A stretch of DNA of 64,000 bases from assembly GCA_003158585.1 (NCBI GenBank), contig PMKE01000071.1:10003-74002 (forward strand), given 5' to 3'. Shown piece after piece: positions 19,925 through 30,840 of the stretch; position 1 is the first letter of the stretch; each line of letters starts with the position of its first letter. The translations under genes and the position numbers were made by a program. This stretch comes from Alphaproteobacteria bacterium (GTDB lineage Bacteria; Pseudomonadota; Alphaproteobacteria; Micropepsales; Micropepsaceae). Below the pieces are notes generated by a model, which saw nothing but the letters and a program-made list of their open reading frames with translations, did no database searches and was not told the DNA's origin.

Positions 19925-21331
19925 TCAAGCGGCCGTGGGGGCGGCGGTTTTGGCGCGATCCCGGCGCATCAGGATAAGTACTAATACGGTTGCCGGTATC
20001 GACATCGCCGCGGTTGATATGAAAAACGGGATGTAGCCTGCGGCTTTTCCCCCGGCTGCGGCGGCGTCTTGCCCCACCAGGGTTGCGGCCACGTCGGGAT
20101 GACGCGTGTACCAGTCGACCATTAACCCCGATGTTCCGCCGAGCAGCTTCCCAAGCAGGGCATAGAACGACGAGAACAAGGCGTATTGGGTTGCCGTGAA
20201 GGCTTGGCTTGTCAGGCTCGACATGTAGGCGATCAGCGCAGTTCCGGCGAAACCGCTGGAGAAGTTCTCGGCCCCCAGCGCGATCACCAGCGAAGCTATG
20301 CTGCCGTGCTGGGTGGCGAGCCATGCATAAGCGAGATTTGCGACAATCGTGAGAAGAATACCGATCAGCAGACAACGATTGGTGCCGAACTTGATCAGCG
20401 CGACGCCGCCGCCCATGACGCCCAGGATGGTCATCCAGAAGCCGGCGAATTTCACCACCGCCGCGATGATTTCGAGCGAATAGCCGAGGTCGATGTAGAA
20501 GGCGTTGGCCGCCATCACCCCCATGACGAACTCGGAGAGGCGATAGGTCCCGATCAGTGCCATGATGAAGAGCGCGTTCCATTTGTACTTGACCGCGAAA
20601 TCCAAGAAAGGCGCGACGACGGCGCGGTAGAGCCACTCGACAATCCGCGCGGAACCGCTGCTCATATGCAGCCTTTGGGCGAGGTTCTCGATCGTCTGTT
20701 CGCCCACCACTTTCGCGGCCGCGTCTTCCGTCCGCGGGGCAATGAGCGTCACGACCATCCCGCCGACCATCAGCACGGCCATGGTCAGATAGGCGGCGCG
20801 CCACGACGCCTCGTTGGCAATGATGAGCGCCCCTGCGCCCGCGACAATCAGCGCCAGGCGATAGCCGAGCTGATAGGCGGTCGCCATGGTGCGCTGGTCT
20901 ATTGCCGCTTCGATGCGCCAGGCATCGACGCAGATGTCCTGGGTGGCGCTGGCGAAGGCAAGGATGACGGCGAAGATCGCCAACTCGAATAGGGCGGTCT
21001 TGGGATCGCCGAAGGCGATACCGATGAGACAGACGATGATGAGAGACTGCGCGACCAGAATCCATGCGCGGCGTTTGCCGAGGAGGCGGCCCAGGACAGG
21101 TGGCTTGAACTGATCCACCAGCGGTGCCCAAAGGAACTTGATGGCGTAGGCCAGACCCACATAGCTGAACACCCCGATGGCCGTGCGCGAAACGCCTGCG
21201 ATCCGGAGCCAAGCCGACAGCGTGCCGAACACCAAGAGCAGCGGCAGCCCCGACGAAAAACCGAACGCCAGCATCACGAGATTGCGGGGCTCGAGAAACG
21301 CGCGGAGTGAACCGCGGGAAGGCGTGCTCAT
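19925..21331 (-). CDS. ampG: AmpG-family muropeptide MFS transporter
   Basis: MLAFGFSSGLPLLLVFGTLSAWLRIAGVS...IKFLWAPLVD and 12-14 TM helices. Confidence 0.8.
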   Translation of the reverse strand: MSTPSRGSLRAFLEPRNLVMLAFGFSSGLPLLLVFGTLSAWLRIAGVSRTAIGVFSYVGLAYAIKFLWAPLVDQFKPPVLGRLLGKRRAWILVAQSLIIVCLIGIAFGDPKTALFELAIFAVILAFASATQDICVDAWRIEAAIDQRTMATAYQLGYRLALIVAGAGALIIANEASWRAAYLTMAVLMVGGMVVTLIAPRTEDAAAKVVGEQTIENLAQRLHMSSGSARIVEWLYRAVVAPFLDFAVKYKWNALFIMALIGTYRLSEFVMGVMAANAFYIDLGYSLEIIAAVVKFAGFWMTILGVMGGGVALIKFGTNRCLLIGILLTIVANLAYAWLATQHGSIASLVIALGAENFSSGFAGTALIAYMSSLTSQAFTATQYALFSSFYALLGKLLGGTSGLMVDWYTRHPDVAATLVGQDAAAAGGKAAGYIPFFISTAAMSIPATVLVLILMRRDRAKTAAPTAA

Positions 21332-23493
21332 GCGGCGGCCGGGGCGGCGACTCGATCGGGGAAGAAGGCGGCGAACATGTCGTCCAACTGGGTTGGTTCG
21401 ATTGGCTTGGTGAGAAAACCATCCATACCCGCCTCACGGCAAGCCCTGCGTCCGGTTTCCAGCACGTCGGCGGTCAGTGCGACAATCGGCGTGCGGGACC
21501 GGCCGGCCCGCGCCTCGTTCCGGCGGATCGCCTTGGCGGCTTCGATGCCGTCCATGCCCGGCATGTGGATGTCGGTGAGGACGAGATCGAATATGCCCTC
21601 TTCCATCGCCTTTACGGCGGCCTCGCCGCTGGTCACCTCGGTGACTTTGTGGCCGCGACGGCGCAGCAGTTCCCGGATCAGCAGCGTGTTGACGGGGTTG
21701 TCCTCGGCCAGCAGCACGTGGAAGCTCGCGGTCGCTTTCGCCGGGACCGCGCGCGGGGCGGCCTGCGGCGCGGCGGGCTTGAGACTGAGCCGCTCGATCA
21801 GCGTCGACAACCGCACCGGCTTCACCAGATAGCCCGCAAAGCCCAACTCCTTGAGATCGGCGAGTTTGGTGCGGGTGCCCGGCGGCAGCAGGACGAAGGC
21901 AAGGCTGCCGGGTACGGGTCCGGTCAGCGGTGCCGGTTCCGGATCGGTGCCGGCATCGATCAGCATGATGTCGGCGCTGCGCAGTCCGGCTTCCCCGAGC
22001 GGGGTCACGGTGCCGCCCGCAGATTCGATCTGGGCGGAAATTCCGTCGCGCAGCACCGGATTGCGCGTCAGGACGGCGACGCGTTTTCCGTCGAGGGCCA
22101 TGTCCTGGGGCGGCGCGGCAACGGCGACGATCGCCGGTATGGTGAACCAGAAGAGGCTGCCGTTCTCCACGGGCTCCAGGCCGATCTCCCCGCCCATCGC
22201 AGCGACCAGGCGCCGGGAGATCGCCAGCCCCAATCCCGTGCCTTCGAACTTGCGCGCCGGGCTGGAATCGGCCTGGACGAATTCGTCGAAGATGTCCTTG
22301 CGCTTCTGTTCCGGCACGCCGACGCCGGTGTCGCGCACCTCGAAGCGCAGGAAGCTGCGTTCGCCGCCGGTTACCGGCGACACCTCGATCTTCACGCCGC
22401 CGTTCTCCGTGAACTTGATGGCGTTGCCGACGAGGTTGATGAGCACCTGCCTCAAGCGCATGCGATCTGTGCGGATCACGGCGGGAACCCCCGGTGCCGC
22501 GACGGCGGTAAGCTCGATACCTTTGGCATGGGCGCGCGTGCCCAGCAGCTCGCCGACGCCTTCGATCAGGGCACGCACGTCGGTTTCCTCGTCCTCCAGC
22601 GTCAGCGCCCCGGATTCGATCTTGGAGAAGTCGAGAATATCGCCGATCAGGCCGAGCAGGGTCTCGCCGGACTGGGTGATGGCCTCGGCATAGCTCTTCT
22701 GCTCGGGGCGAAGCTCGGTCTCGAGCAGCAGCCGCGCCATTCCCAGGACGCCGTTCATCGGCGTGCGGATTTCGTGGCTCATGGTGGCGAGGAAGCCGGA
22801 CTTGGCGCGGCTCGCCGCCTCGGCCTTATCGCGCGCCTCCGTGATGGCGTCTTCCAGCGCCTTGCGCTCGGTGATGTCGCGCCCGACGCTCTGCACTTCC
22901 ACCAGCCGGCCGAGGGAATCGCGCACCGCAAAATCTTCCCAGGCGAGCCAGCGCCAGCCGTAAGCCGTGCGCACATGCTGGTCGTAGCGCACGCGGGTGT
23001 GCCCGCTCTCAAGTCCCGCGAAAATGCCGAACAGCGGCGTGCGGCTGTCGGGATGGACTTCCGGCGCAAATGCTCTGCCCAGCGCGTTCTGCGGATTGAG
23101 GCCGAACAGCCGGAAGAAGGCGTCGTTGCCGTAGGTCAGGCGGCTGTCGGCGGAGCGGCGCAGGATGGCGTCGCCCTGGGCGTCCACCAGTCCCTTGTAG
23201 CGCGCCTCACTCTGGTTGAGGCGGGCATTCACGGCGGAGGCCGCGGCGAGCGAGGTTTCCAAACGTGCCGCCACCGAACGGAACCGATCGGTTTCCCGGT
23301 CGGCAGCCTTGCCTCTTTCGTACGTCGTTCTGAGGCTGTGGAGCACGAAAAGGATCACGACGGCCGTAAGCGCCAGGAAAGTGCGGGGCGGCACCAGTTC
23401 GAGCCGGCCGTTGAGGGCGACGTCCCCCAGCACAGCCGTCAGCAATGCGAGCGCCGCCAACCCGAAACCGATACGGAAAATGCGCAACATCAT
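21328..23493 (-). CDS. Hybrid sensor histidine kinase/response regulator (TM-PAS-HisKA-HATPase-REC)
   Basis: H-box [19 protein letters not shown]-box [14 protein letters not shown]-terminal receiver [10 protein letters not shown]...[13 protein letters not shown]. The start lies among ATGs 23493/23490/23535/23625. Confidence 0.85.
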   Translation of the reverse strand: MMLRIFRIGFGLAALALLTAVLGDVALNGRLELVPPRTFLALTAVVILFVLHSLRTTYERGKAADRETDRFRSVAARLETSLAAASAVNARLNQSEARYKGLVDAQGDAILRRSADSRLTYGNDAFFRLFGLNPQNALGRAFAPEVHPDSRTPLFGIFAGLESGHTRVRYDQHVRTAYGWRWLAWEDFAVRDSLGRLVEVQSVGRDITERKALEDAITEARDKAEAASRAKSGFLATMSHEIRTPMNGVLGMARLLLETELRPEQKSYAEAITQSGETLLGLIGDILDFSKIESGALTLEDEETDVRALIEGVGELLGTRAHAKGIELTAVAAPGVPAVIRTDRMRLRQVLINLVGNAIKFTENGGVKIEVSPVTGGERSFLRFEVRDTGVGVPEQKRKDIFDEFVQADSSPARKFEGTGLGLAISRRLVAAMGGEIGLEPVENGSLFWFTIPAIVAVAAPPQDMALDGKRVAVLTRNPVLRDGISAQIESAGGTVTPLGEAGLRSADIMLIDAGTDPEPAPLTGPVPGSLAFVLLPPGTRTKLADLKELGFAGYLVKPVRLSTLIERLSLKPAAPQAAPRAVPAKATASFHVLLAEDNPVNTLLIRELLRRRGHKVTEVTSGEAAVKAMEEGIFDLVLTDIHMPGMDGIEAAKAIRRNEARAGRSRTPIVALTADVLETGRRACREAGMDGFLTKPIEPTQLDDMFAAFFPDRVAAPAAA

Positions 23494-23653
23494 TGGTTTG
23501 AATCCCCGTCGACTTTGGGCCTTTTTCGCTTGCATAAGCTTTAACGGGCCCCCTTTCCGGACGGGCGCAAAAGCCGCTCCAGATCGCCGCACCCGCCTGA
23601 TTTTGTTGTGCCATTTCAAGAGCAAAGGCTTGCCGTGGGACCCCCGGAACGGC

Positions 23654-23682
23654 CTGTCACAAAAGCTTTGCAGAACTGTGAT
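23654..23682 (+). promoter_or_regulatory. Candidate Pho box (7-bp direct repeats at 11-bp phasing)
   Basis: CTGTCAC-aaaa-GCTTTGC-agaa-CTGTGAT in the divergent region between the histidine kinase and pstC. The outer repeats resemble CTGTCAT; the middle one is weak. Confidence 0.3.
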
Positions 23683-23892
23683 GGACGTTGCACGGAAGCC
23701 GGTCCACGTAGCGTCTTAAAGACCGAGGCGCGGGCGGCGGCCTTGGCGGGATCGCCCGCCGGGAAGGGGTGCGGATGTGCAGGGGGGTGCCTGGATGCTG
23801 GCGGGAACGGTCGCCGGGGCGGGCCGTTCTGCGAGTTCCACCGCTTCTCTCATGGCCGCAATCCGATCCGGAAATTCCGTCCCTGTGATGCT

Positions 23893-24885
23893 ATGGCCAA
23901 CCTTGCCTTGAGTCCGACCGCTGTCCCCGAATCCAAGATTGCCGCCATCAAGCGCGGCAGCGCCGGGGACGCGCGCTTCCGCGGGATGACGTTCGTCGCC
24001 GCCTTCCTGGTGGTCGTCATTTTTGCGGGCATCATGATCGCGCTCGCCATCGGCGCCTGGCCGGCGATTATGGAGTTCGGCTGGAGCTTCCTCTTTTCCC
24101 AGAAATGGAATCCGGTCACCGAGAAGTTCGGAGCGCTCGCTTCCATCTACGGCACGCTGGTGACCTCGTTTCTGGCCATGCTGCTGGCCGTTCCGGTGGG
24201 CATCGGGATCGCCATTTTCCTCACCGAGATCTGCCCGCGCTTCCTGCGCCGCCCGATCGGCATCGCCATCGAGCTGTTGGCCGGCATCCCCAGTATCGTC
24301 TACGGCATCTGGGGCCTGTTCGTGTTTGCACCCTTCTTCCAGTCGACGGTCCAGCCCTGGCTGATCGAGGTGTTCGCGGATATTCCCTGGCTGCAGGACC
24401 TTTTTGCCGGACCGCCTTACGGCATCGGCATCTTCACCTCCTCCTTCATCCTGTCGATCATGATTCTGCCGTTCATCTCGGCGGTGACGCGCGACGTGTT
24501 CAATACCGTGCCGCCCACCCTCAAGGAATCCGCCTACGCGATGGGCTGCACCACCTGGGAGGTGGTGTGGCGCGTGGTGCTGCCGTTCTCGCGGGCGGGC
24601 GTGGTCGGCGGAGCGATGCTGGCGCTGGGCCGGGCGCTGGGCGAGACGATGGCCGTCACCTTCGTGATCGGCAATTCGCACCGCATCCACGAATCCCTGT
24701 TTGCACCCGGCACCACCATCTCGGCCACCATCGCCAACGAATTCACCGAGGCGGTGGGCGACCTCTACCATTCCTCACTGATCGAGGCGGGCCTCATCCT
24801 GTTCTTCATCAGCTTCGTCGTGCTGGCGAGCGCGCAGATCATGCTGCGGGCCCTCGAGCGCCGGGCGGGAGGCATGTCGGGATGA
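23893..24885 (+). CDS. pstC: Phosphate ABC transporter permease PstC
   Basis: Typical PstC TM pattern and the EAA-like loop [20 protein letters not shown]. Confidence 0.9.
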   Translation: MANLALSPTAVPESKIAAIKRGSAGDARFRGMTFVAAFLVVVIFAGIMIALAIGAWPAIMEFGWSFLFSQKWNPVTEKFGALASIYGTLVTSFLAMLLAVPVGIGIAIFLTEICPRFLRRPIGIAIELLAGIPSIVYGIWGLFVFAPFFQSTVQPWLIEVFADIPWLQDLFAGPPYGIGIFTSSFILSIMILPFISAVTRDVFNTVPPTLKESAYAMGCTTWEVVWRVVLPFSRAGVVGGAMLALGRALGETMAVTFVIGNSHRIHESLFAPGTTISATIANEFTEAVGDLYHSSLIEAGLILFFISFVVLASAQIMLRALERRAGGMSG

Positions 24886-25730
24886 AGCTCAACCGCATGA
24901 TCTACAAAGGCCGCAAAGGCCGGAACGCCGTTTTCCTGACGCTGTCGACGCTGGCGGCGGCATTCGGCATCGTCTGGCTGGCGCTCATCCTCTATTCGCT
25001 GTTCTACAACGGCATCAACGGGATTTCGCTCAAGGTCTTCACCGAGATGACGCCGCCGCCGGGAGAGGACGGCGGTCTGGCCAACGCCATATTCGGCAGC
25101 GTCGCCATGAGTTTCCTGGGGGTCGCCGCCGGCACGCCCATCGGCTTGCTTGCGGGCACCTATCTGGCGGAATACGGGCGCTATTCGTGGGTGTCCGGTG
25201 TCGTTCGCTTCATCAACGACATCCTGCTCAGTGCGCCGTCGATCCTGATCGGTCTTTTCATCTATGTGATTATCGTGGCGACGACGCACAGATTTTCCGG
25301 TTGGGCGGGAGCGGCGGCGCTGACCGTGCTCGTCATCCCGGTGGTGGTGCGCACCACGGAGAACATGCTGCTGCTTGTGCCCAACGGCTTGCGCGAGGCC
25401 GCGGCGGCGCTTGGCGCACCGCGCAGCGCCATCATCAAAGCGGTGACGTGGCGGGCGGCCAGGGCCGGCATTCTCACGGGAGTGCTGCTCGCGGTGGCGC
25501 GCATCTCGGGAGAGACGGCCCCGCTGCTGCTGACAGTGCTCTCGAACCAGTTCTGGAGCACGGATATGGGAGGCCCGATCGCGAGCCTTCCGGTTATGAT
25601 CTACAATTTCGCCATGAGCCCGTATGAGGACTGGCACAAGCTCGCCTGGGCCGGTGCGCTGTTGATCACCGCGGCGGTGCTCGCGTTGAGCATCACGGCC
25701 CGGATACTCGAATCGTCGAAGCGGAGTTGA
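24882..25730 (+). CDS. pstA: Phosphate ABC transporter permease PstA
   Basis: ATG overlaps the pstC stop. [30 protein letters not shown] loop. Confidence 0.9.
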   Translation: MKLNRMIYKGRKGRNAVFLTLSTLAAAFGIVWLALILYSLFYNGINGISLKVFTEMTPPPGEDGGLANAIFGSVAMSFLGVAAGTPIGLLAGTYLAEYGRYSWVSGVVRFINDILLSAPSILIGLFIYVIIVATTHRFSGWAGAAALTVLVIPVVVRTTENMLLLVPNGLREAAAALGAPRSAIIKAVTWRAARAGILTGVLLAVARISGETAPLLLTVLSNQFWSTDMGGPIASLPVMIYNFAMSPYEDWHKLAWAGALLITAAVLALSITARILESSKRS

Positions 25731-25733
25731 GAA

Positions 25734-26507
25734 ATGGATACGGCCGTCCGCGACAAGGTGAAGGTCGAGATCGAGGATCTGTCCTTCTACTACGGCGACA
25801 ACAAGGCGCTGAAGAACGTCACGGTTCCGCTTCACGACCGCAAGGTCACCGCCTTCATCGGCCCGTCGGGCTGCGGAAAATCGACGCTGCTGCGCGTGCT
25901 CAACCGCATCTACGAGCTTTATCCGGGCCAGCGCGCCGAAGGCCGGGTGCTGATCGACGGCGAGGACATCCTGCATACGAGACAAGACCTCAACCTCTTG
26001 CGCGCCCGCGTCGGCATGGTGTTCCAGAAGCCGACACCGTTCCCCATGACGATCTGGGACAACATCGCCTTCGGCATCCGGCTCTACGAGAAGCTGCCGC
26101 GCTCGGTTCTCGACGGCCGCGTCGAGGACGCGCTGCAGCGCGCCGCGCTGTGGGGCGAGGTCAAGGACAAGCTTAAGGAATCGGGCCTCAGCCTGTCGGG
26201 CGGCCAGCAGCAGCGCCTTTGCATCGCGCGAACCGTTGCGACGCAGCCCGAGATCATCCTGCTCGACGAGCCTTGTTCTGCCCTCGATCCGATCTCGACC
26301 GCCAAGATCGAGGAACTGATCGACGAGTTGGTGAAGGACTACACCATCGTCATCGTCACCCATAACATGCAGCAGGCCTCGCGCACTTCGGACTACACGG
26401 CCTTCATGTATCTGGGCGAGATGATCGAGTTCGACGTCACCGAAAAGATCTTCACCGCGCCGTCCAATAAACGCACCGAATCCTACATCACCGGCAGATT
26501 CGGGTGA
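25734..26507 (+). CDS. pstB: Phosphate ABC transporter ATP-binding protein PstB
   Basis: Walker [10 protein letters not shown], signature [13 protein letters not shown], Walker [12 protein letters not shown]. Confidence 0.95.
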   Translation: MDTAVRDKVKVEIEDLSFYYGDNKALKNVTVPLHDRKVTAFIGPSGCGKSTLLRVLNRIYELYPGQRAEGRVLIDGEDILHTRQDLNLLRARVGMVFQKPTPFPMTIWDNIAFGIRLYEKLPRSVLDGRVEDALQRAALWGEVKDKLKESGLSLSGGQQQRLCIARTVATQPEIILLDEPCSALDPISTAKIEELIDELVKDYTIVIVTHNMQQASRTSDYTAFMYLGEMIEFDVTEKIFTAPSNKRTESYITGRFG

Positions 26508-26585
26508 GTTTTCCCCCCATTTTCGGGTAAGGTAAATCACAAGCGAAGCAAGCGATGCGGAGAGGACTCCGTAATCGTAGTCTAT

Positions 26586-27059
26586 TCAATGCAGATGCGT
26601 CAGCCGCCGGAACGACAGCGCCTCGGCGATGTGCGGACGCCTGACGTCGTCCGAACCTGCCAGATCGGCAATCGTACGCGCCACCCGCAGCATGCGATGA
26701 TAACCGCGCGCCGTCAGGCGCATCCGCTCGGCGGCTTCGGAAAGCAGCTTGGCACCCGCCGCGTCCGGTGTCGCGACGCGGCCGAGCAGTTCGCCGTCGG
26801 CTTCGGCATTGGTGCGCACGCCGTACCCCTCGAAGCGCCGGCGCTGGATATCGCGGGCCCGCTCCACGCGCCCCGCCACGTCGGCACTCGACTCGGCGGG
26901 CGGCGGCAGGCTGAGATCGGCTGCGGAGACGCCCGGCACTTCCACATGGATGTCGATGCGGTCGAACAAGGGTCCCGAGATTTTCGACTGGTACTCCTGG
27001 GCGCATTTGGGCGCGCGCCCGCAGGCCTGCGCCGGATCGCCGAGATAGCCGCAGCGGCA
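26586..27059 (-). pseudogene. comM: comM/yifB 3' fragment (C-terminal ~157 codons), separated from its 5' part by the island
   Basis: CRCGYLGDPAQACGRAPKCAQEYQSKISGPLFDRIDIHVEVP...ARGYHRMLRVARTIADLAG is the canonical ComM/YifB C-terminus. It is read in frame after the recombinase ORF. Confidence 0.85.
27054..27059. other. Left island junction (candidate att core)
   Basis: The minus-strand codons TGC-CGC here and TGT-CGT at 47413-47418 are the only sequence shared by the two comM junctions. Confidence 0.5.
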
Positions 27060-28553
27060 TGCATTTGTTGCCTTGCCATCGCGCTTTAGCGAAGCGGGAA
27101 AGTACAAGAGGTTGACGGCAACCTCTTCCTTTCCAACGATAATTTTGTCCGTGATGGTTTCGACCAGCTGGCGCTTCTCCGCTTGGCTGAATTCAGTCCA
27201 ACGAAGGGCCAAGTCTCCAGCATCGGAGACGGACGCCTGCTTCCCGGACACGGAAATTCGCATCACGTCGAGCTTCGCCTGGAGGCGTGGCAGTTCGTCC
27301 TCCAGCTGGTCCCGGCGTTCGGAAAGCGGCTTGTGACGGCGGCCGAAGTCGTCCTGCGACAGCTGGCCTCCGAGGTATAGCTGGTACAGCTGGTCGTCCT
27401 CTTGAGAGATTTTCTCAAGTTCGGCCTTGGCGGCTGCAACCAGCGCTTCATTCTCCCGGATGGCTTCATTCGCGGCTTCAAGATGGGCGGAGACCTGTTC
27501 GGGCGAAAGGAGGAACCGGGAAAGCTCGTCGTGATAAACGGCCTCAAGGTCGGGTATCGGTATCTTGTTCCGGCATTTGGGGCAGATGTACTTGGGAGAG
27601 TTGGCGCCCACGTACATCTTCGCGCCGCACTCACAATAGGCATAGCCGGTGAAGAGGTGGACGTTCTCGCGGGAAGGTTTTTTGTGCGAGACCCGCCGCT
27701 CGTCGAGAATGCGATTGCACTCTTCCCATAATTCCTCGCTCACGATTGCCTCGACGGGCGTTAGTACCCATTCACTCTCGGGCTTCAACTCCCACGACCT
27801 CGTGCGGTCGTTCGTGGTCGTATAGTTCTGGCGATACGTGCCCTTCGCGGACGGGTCGCGGAGAAGGCGGTCAACGGTCGTATCGGAGAACTTGGAGCCG
27901 TTCCGGGTGCGGTATCCGCGCTCGTTCAGGATGCGCGCGACCGCCTTCTTGCGACGGTGTTCGGCGAATAGCTCGTACATGAGAGCGCGGACAGCGCGTT
28001 CCTTGGGATGCGGCTGAAGCTTCTTGTCCTTCCACTGGTATCCGAAGGGAGCGGCCCCGCCTATCGGCCGCCCCATCTTCGCTCGGATCGGGACGGACGC
28101 GGCGACGCGCTCAGCAATCTCTTCGCGCTCCCACTGCGCCATTGCGGCAACGATGGTGAAGAAGAGGCGTCCAGCCGGGGAGCCGGTGTCGATTGCTTCT
28201 TGAAGGGAAATCATGTCCGCGTTCGCGTCCCGGAAGGCGTCCGCGAATTCGAGAAGCTCTCGCGTGTTCCGTGCCAAGCGGGCGATCTTCGAAAACACGA
28301 GCGCGGTTATGTGTCCCGAGCGTATGTCCACGAGCATACGTTTTGCCTCGGGATGCTCCATAACGGTTTTCCCGGAGACGGCCTCAAGGTGGTACACCTC
28401 GCGCACTTTCCACTCCCTAGCCTCCGCGTACATGCGAGCGCGTTTCTCGTGGACCTCGGGGCTTTCGCCCCGTGCCTGGTCTTCCGTGCTGACGCGTATC
28501 CAAATGCCAACGGCTTTCTGCCGGTTGGCGTTCTTTGATGGTGCGGATTTCAT
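27060..28553 (-). CDS. Large serine recombinase (island integrase); ORF runs on in frame into the comM 3' fragment
   Basis: Resolvase catalytic region VGIWIRVSTEDQ, recombinase domain, zinc ribbon YCECGAKMYVGANSPKYICPKCRNK, coiled coil. There is no stop before 26586. Confidence 0.9.
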
Positions 28554-28695
28554 TTTGATGACCCCGACGAAACGCCAACGAGTCTAGCGTCCATTCGAGG
28601 ACAGTCTCAACGGCGAAGACCGCCCCGGAAAGGGGGCGTTGTCGGCCGGATTGTCAGGTTCGGACGCCTTTCAGTCGCGCGCACGTGCCGGGACA

Positions 28696-29382
28696 ATGGC
28701 GCGGCCCGGATTCCGGCGCTTCATGGGGCGGCTCCCGAAAATTCCAGGCGCGAAGGAGATTGTGCGCACCGGCGGGGCGCTTCTCATTCACGGCGATTGC
28801 ATGGAAATGCTGCCGCACCTTGTGGACCGATACGATGCCATCATTTCCGACCCACCGTATGGCATCGGATACAACCCGTCGTCTCCCTCAGGAAGCAAGT
28901 GGAAGAACGTGAAGCGGATCGTGGGCGACGCGGAGCCGTTCGATCCGACGCCGCTTCTCGGGCACGTGAAGACCGTCGTTCTCTTCGGGGCAAACAACTA
29001 TGCGAACCGTCTGCCGAATTCGCGACGCTGGTTCGTATGGGACAAGCGGCCGAGCATGAAGAGCATGAGCTTCTCGGATTGCGAGCTGGCGTGGTGCTCG
29101 ACAGACGGCCCCGCGCGCATGATCCGCGTCGTGTGGAGCGGGGCGAACCGGGGCGACGAGCGCGGGCAGCACTGGCATCCGACGCAGAAGCCGATTGAGG
29201 TTATGCGGCAGATTATCGAGGCGACCACCAAGCCCGGCGATACAATCCTCGACCCCTACATGGGATCGGGCACGACCGGCATCGCAGCGCTGCGTACAGG
29301 GCGAAAATTCGTCGGCATTGAAATTGAAAGACGGTGGTTCAACGCGGCAGTAGTACGAGTGAGGAGAGGCACCACCACTTAA
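28696..29382 (+). CDS. Beta-class N6-adenine/N4-cytosine DNA methyltransferase (no partner nuclease seen)
   Basis: Motif IV ISDPPYGIGY precedes motif I DPYMGSGTTGIAA (beta-class order). The ORF opens at 28639; likely ATG starts are 28696 or 28723. Confidence 0.8.
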   Translation: MARPGFRRFMGRLPKIPGAKEIVRTGGALLIHGDCMEMLPHLVDRYDAIISDPPYGIGYNPSSPSGSKWKNVKRIVGDAEPFDPTPLLGHVKTVVLFGANNYANRLPNSRRWFVWDKRPSMKSMSFSDCELAWCSTDGPARMIRVVWSGANRGDERGQHWHPTQKPIEVMRQIIEATTKPGDTILDPYMGSGTTGIAALRTGRKFVGIEIERRWFNAAVVRVRRGTTT

Positions 29383-29421
29383 GGAGCAAACAGAACTAGC
29401 CACGTATGGAGGATTTCTGAA

Positions 29422-30840
29422 TCAATGCCCTTTCTGTGCTTGATCGACATTGCGCTGGGTGCCAGACACGGAATCTGACTGGAGGGAAAAATTCTCTATC
29501 TTGCGCCACTGACTGAACAGGCTCTCATCCGCCTTGGCGATGAAACTCACGACGTCTAGCGCCGCCAACAGTACGAATATAACGAATAAGGCCAAAAGCG
29601 GCACCTTTTCAGTATTCGTGCGCTTGTGCCATTCCCGATCCACCTTGTACGCCTGAAAGGCGATGAATATCGCTGACACGAGAAGGGCGGAGACCGATAT
29701 CAGAAATGCGGGCTTGTTAGTGCTCAATCTCATGAGCAAATACGAAACTACGAAGATGCCGCCAAATAGGCCGTAGTACGCGAAGGGAGTAACGGCAGCG
29801 AAGAACCATCCGCGTGGCCGCCCAACTTGAACTAACTTCTTCTCGGTTGCGGTTTCTATCGCATCGATATCACTAATCGACGCACGCGTCCGCGCTTCTC
29901 TGAGACCGTCATTCTCTTTCAACAAGTTCCCGATGTACTGGGCGTCCTCAGGTTCGATTCCAGCGTGAACGAATCCTCTCAGCAAATGGGCCAGTCGGAA
30001 GTTCTGGGGAATGGAAATGACGTTTTCGTACACAGCTTCGATCATCTCGTAGAAGAAGCGTCGTGCCTTTTCATCCAGTGATGGTCGAAGCATCGCAAAC
30101 GACTTAATTACGAATGCGGGCGTGTACACTTTGTAGCTGTCTGGCCGGTCATTCTTGACCTGAGCAAGCGTGTAGTTTCCGTTTTCTTGAGCGATCAGTT
30201 CAACGCATCGACGCATTCCATTCGTCACCGCTATCGGGTGACCTATGCTCAGCCGACGGGGCGTAAGTGCGTCAAGATAGATCGCAGCCTCGTATGGGTC
30301 GTAGTTATCGCGGCCTGCTTCGTCGTCAAGATGCCTTCGCGCCATTTCGGACGACTGACGAAGAACGGAGAACTCGTTTCCCCCTGCCTCAAGAATGTCC
30401 TTGCATCCATTCACATACAGCCAACGCTCAACGAGAGACGCCGTGCCTGGGGCGAACTTGTCAGAAATGCCCTGGATGCAGCAGTTCTTGAACTTCTCAT
30501 TGACTGTGAAGACAGTCCCGGGTGGAGTTATGAACCGCAAGTGAAAGAGGTAGGCAGAAAGTGCGCGAATGTAGTTTGCCAAATCAAGCGTGCTGGTATC
30601 GCGCGCTAGGACGTCAGCCATAATGAATTCAATCGGGCCTTTTAGCCTTTTCGGAAAATCGGCAGGTACTACAATTGCGGAGGACATAGCCGCGTCAATG
30701 AGCGCGAGAACGACCTCAGCGGTTACGGTGACCGACGGGCGGGTACCTGCCGAATCAAGCGTCCATCCCGCTGCGTCGGGACTGCAAATGCAGGTATCGA
30801 GCAGCTGATCGAAAATCTTTTGGGAAACGGTAGTGGGCAT
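29422..30840 (-). CDS. Hypothetical protein: ~340-aa helical soluble domain plus C-terminal 3-4 TM helices
   Basis: Clean 472-codon ORF in the low-G+C segment. C-terminal hydrophobic helices: FFAAVTPFAYYGLFGGIFVVSYLLM, AFLISVSALLVSAIFIAF, LLALFVIFVLLAALDVVSF. No family recognised. Confidence 0.6.
   Translation of the reverse strand: MPTTVSQKIFDQLLDTCICSPDAAGWTLDSAGTRPSVTVTAEVVLALIDAAMSSAIVVPADFPKRLKGPIEFIMADVLARDTSTLDLANYIRALSAYLFHLRFITPPGTVFTVNEKFKNCCIQGISDKFAPGTASLVERWLYVNGCKDILEAGGNEFSVLRQSSEMARRHLDDEAGRDNYDPYEAAIYLDALTPRRLSIGHPIAVTNGMRRCVELIAQENGNYTLAQVKNDRPDSYKVYTPAFVIKSFAMLRPSLDEKARRFFYEMIEAVYENVISIPQNFRLAHLLRGFVHAGIEPEDAQYIGNLLKENDGLREARTRASISDIDAIETATEKKLVQVGRPRGWFFAAVTPFAYYGLFGGIFVVSYLLMRLSTNKPAFLISVSALLVSAIFIAFQAYKVDREWHKRTNTEKVPLLALFVIFVLLAALDVVSFIAKADESLFSQWRKIENFSLQSDSVSGTQRNVDQAQKGH

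Noticed and set aside
21307-23544. A 745-aa ORF antisense to the hybrid histidine kinase
   Set aside because: The minus-strand frame has H-box, G-box and receiver motifs. The antisense translation has none.
26508-26585. phoU/phoB or a terminator hairpin directly after pstB
   Set aside because: This 78-bp spacer between the convergent pstB and comM 3' ends has no ORF and no convincing GC-rich stem with a T-tract.
26586-28553. Treating the 655-aa ORF as one native protein
   Set aside because: Its last 157 aa are the canonical ComM C-terminus, and the missing ComM N-terminus is 20 kb away. It is a junction fusion of the island recombinase with the interrupted host gene.
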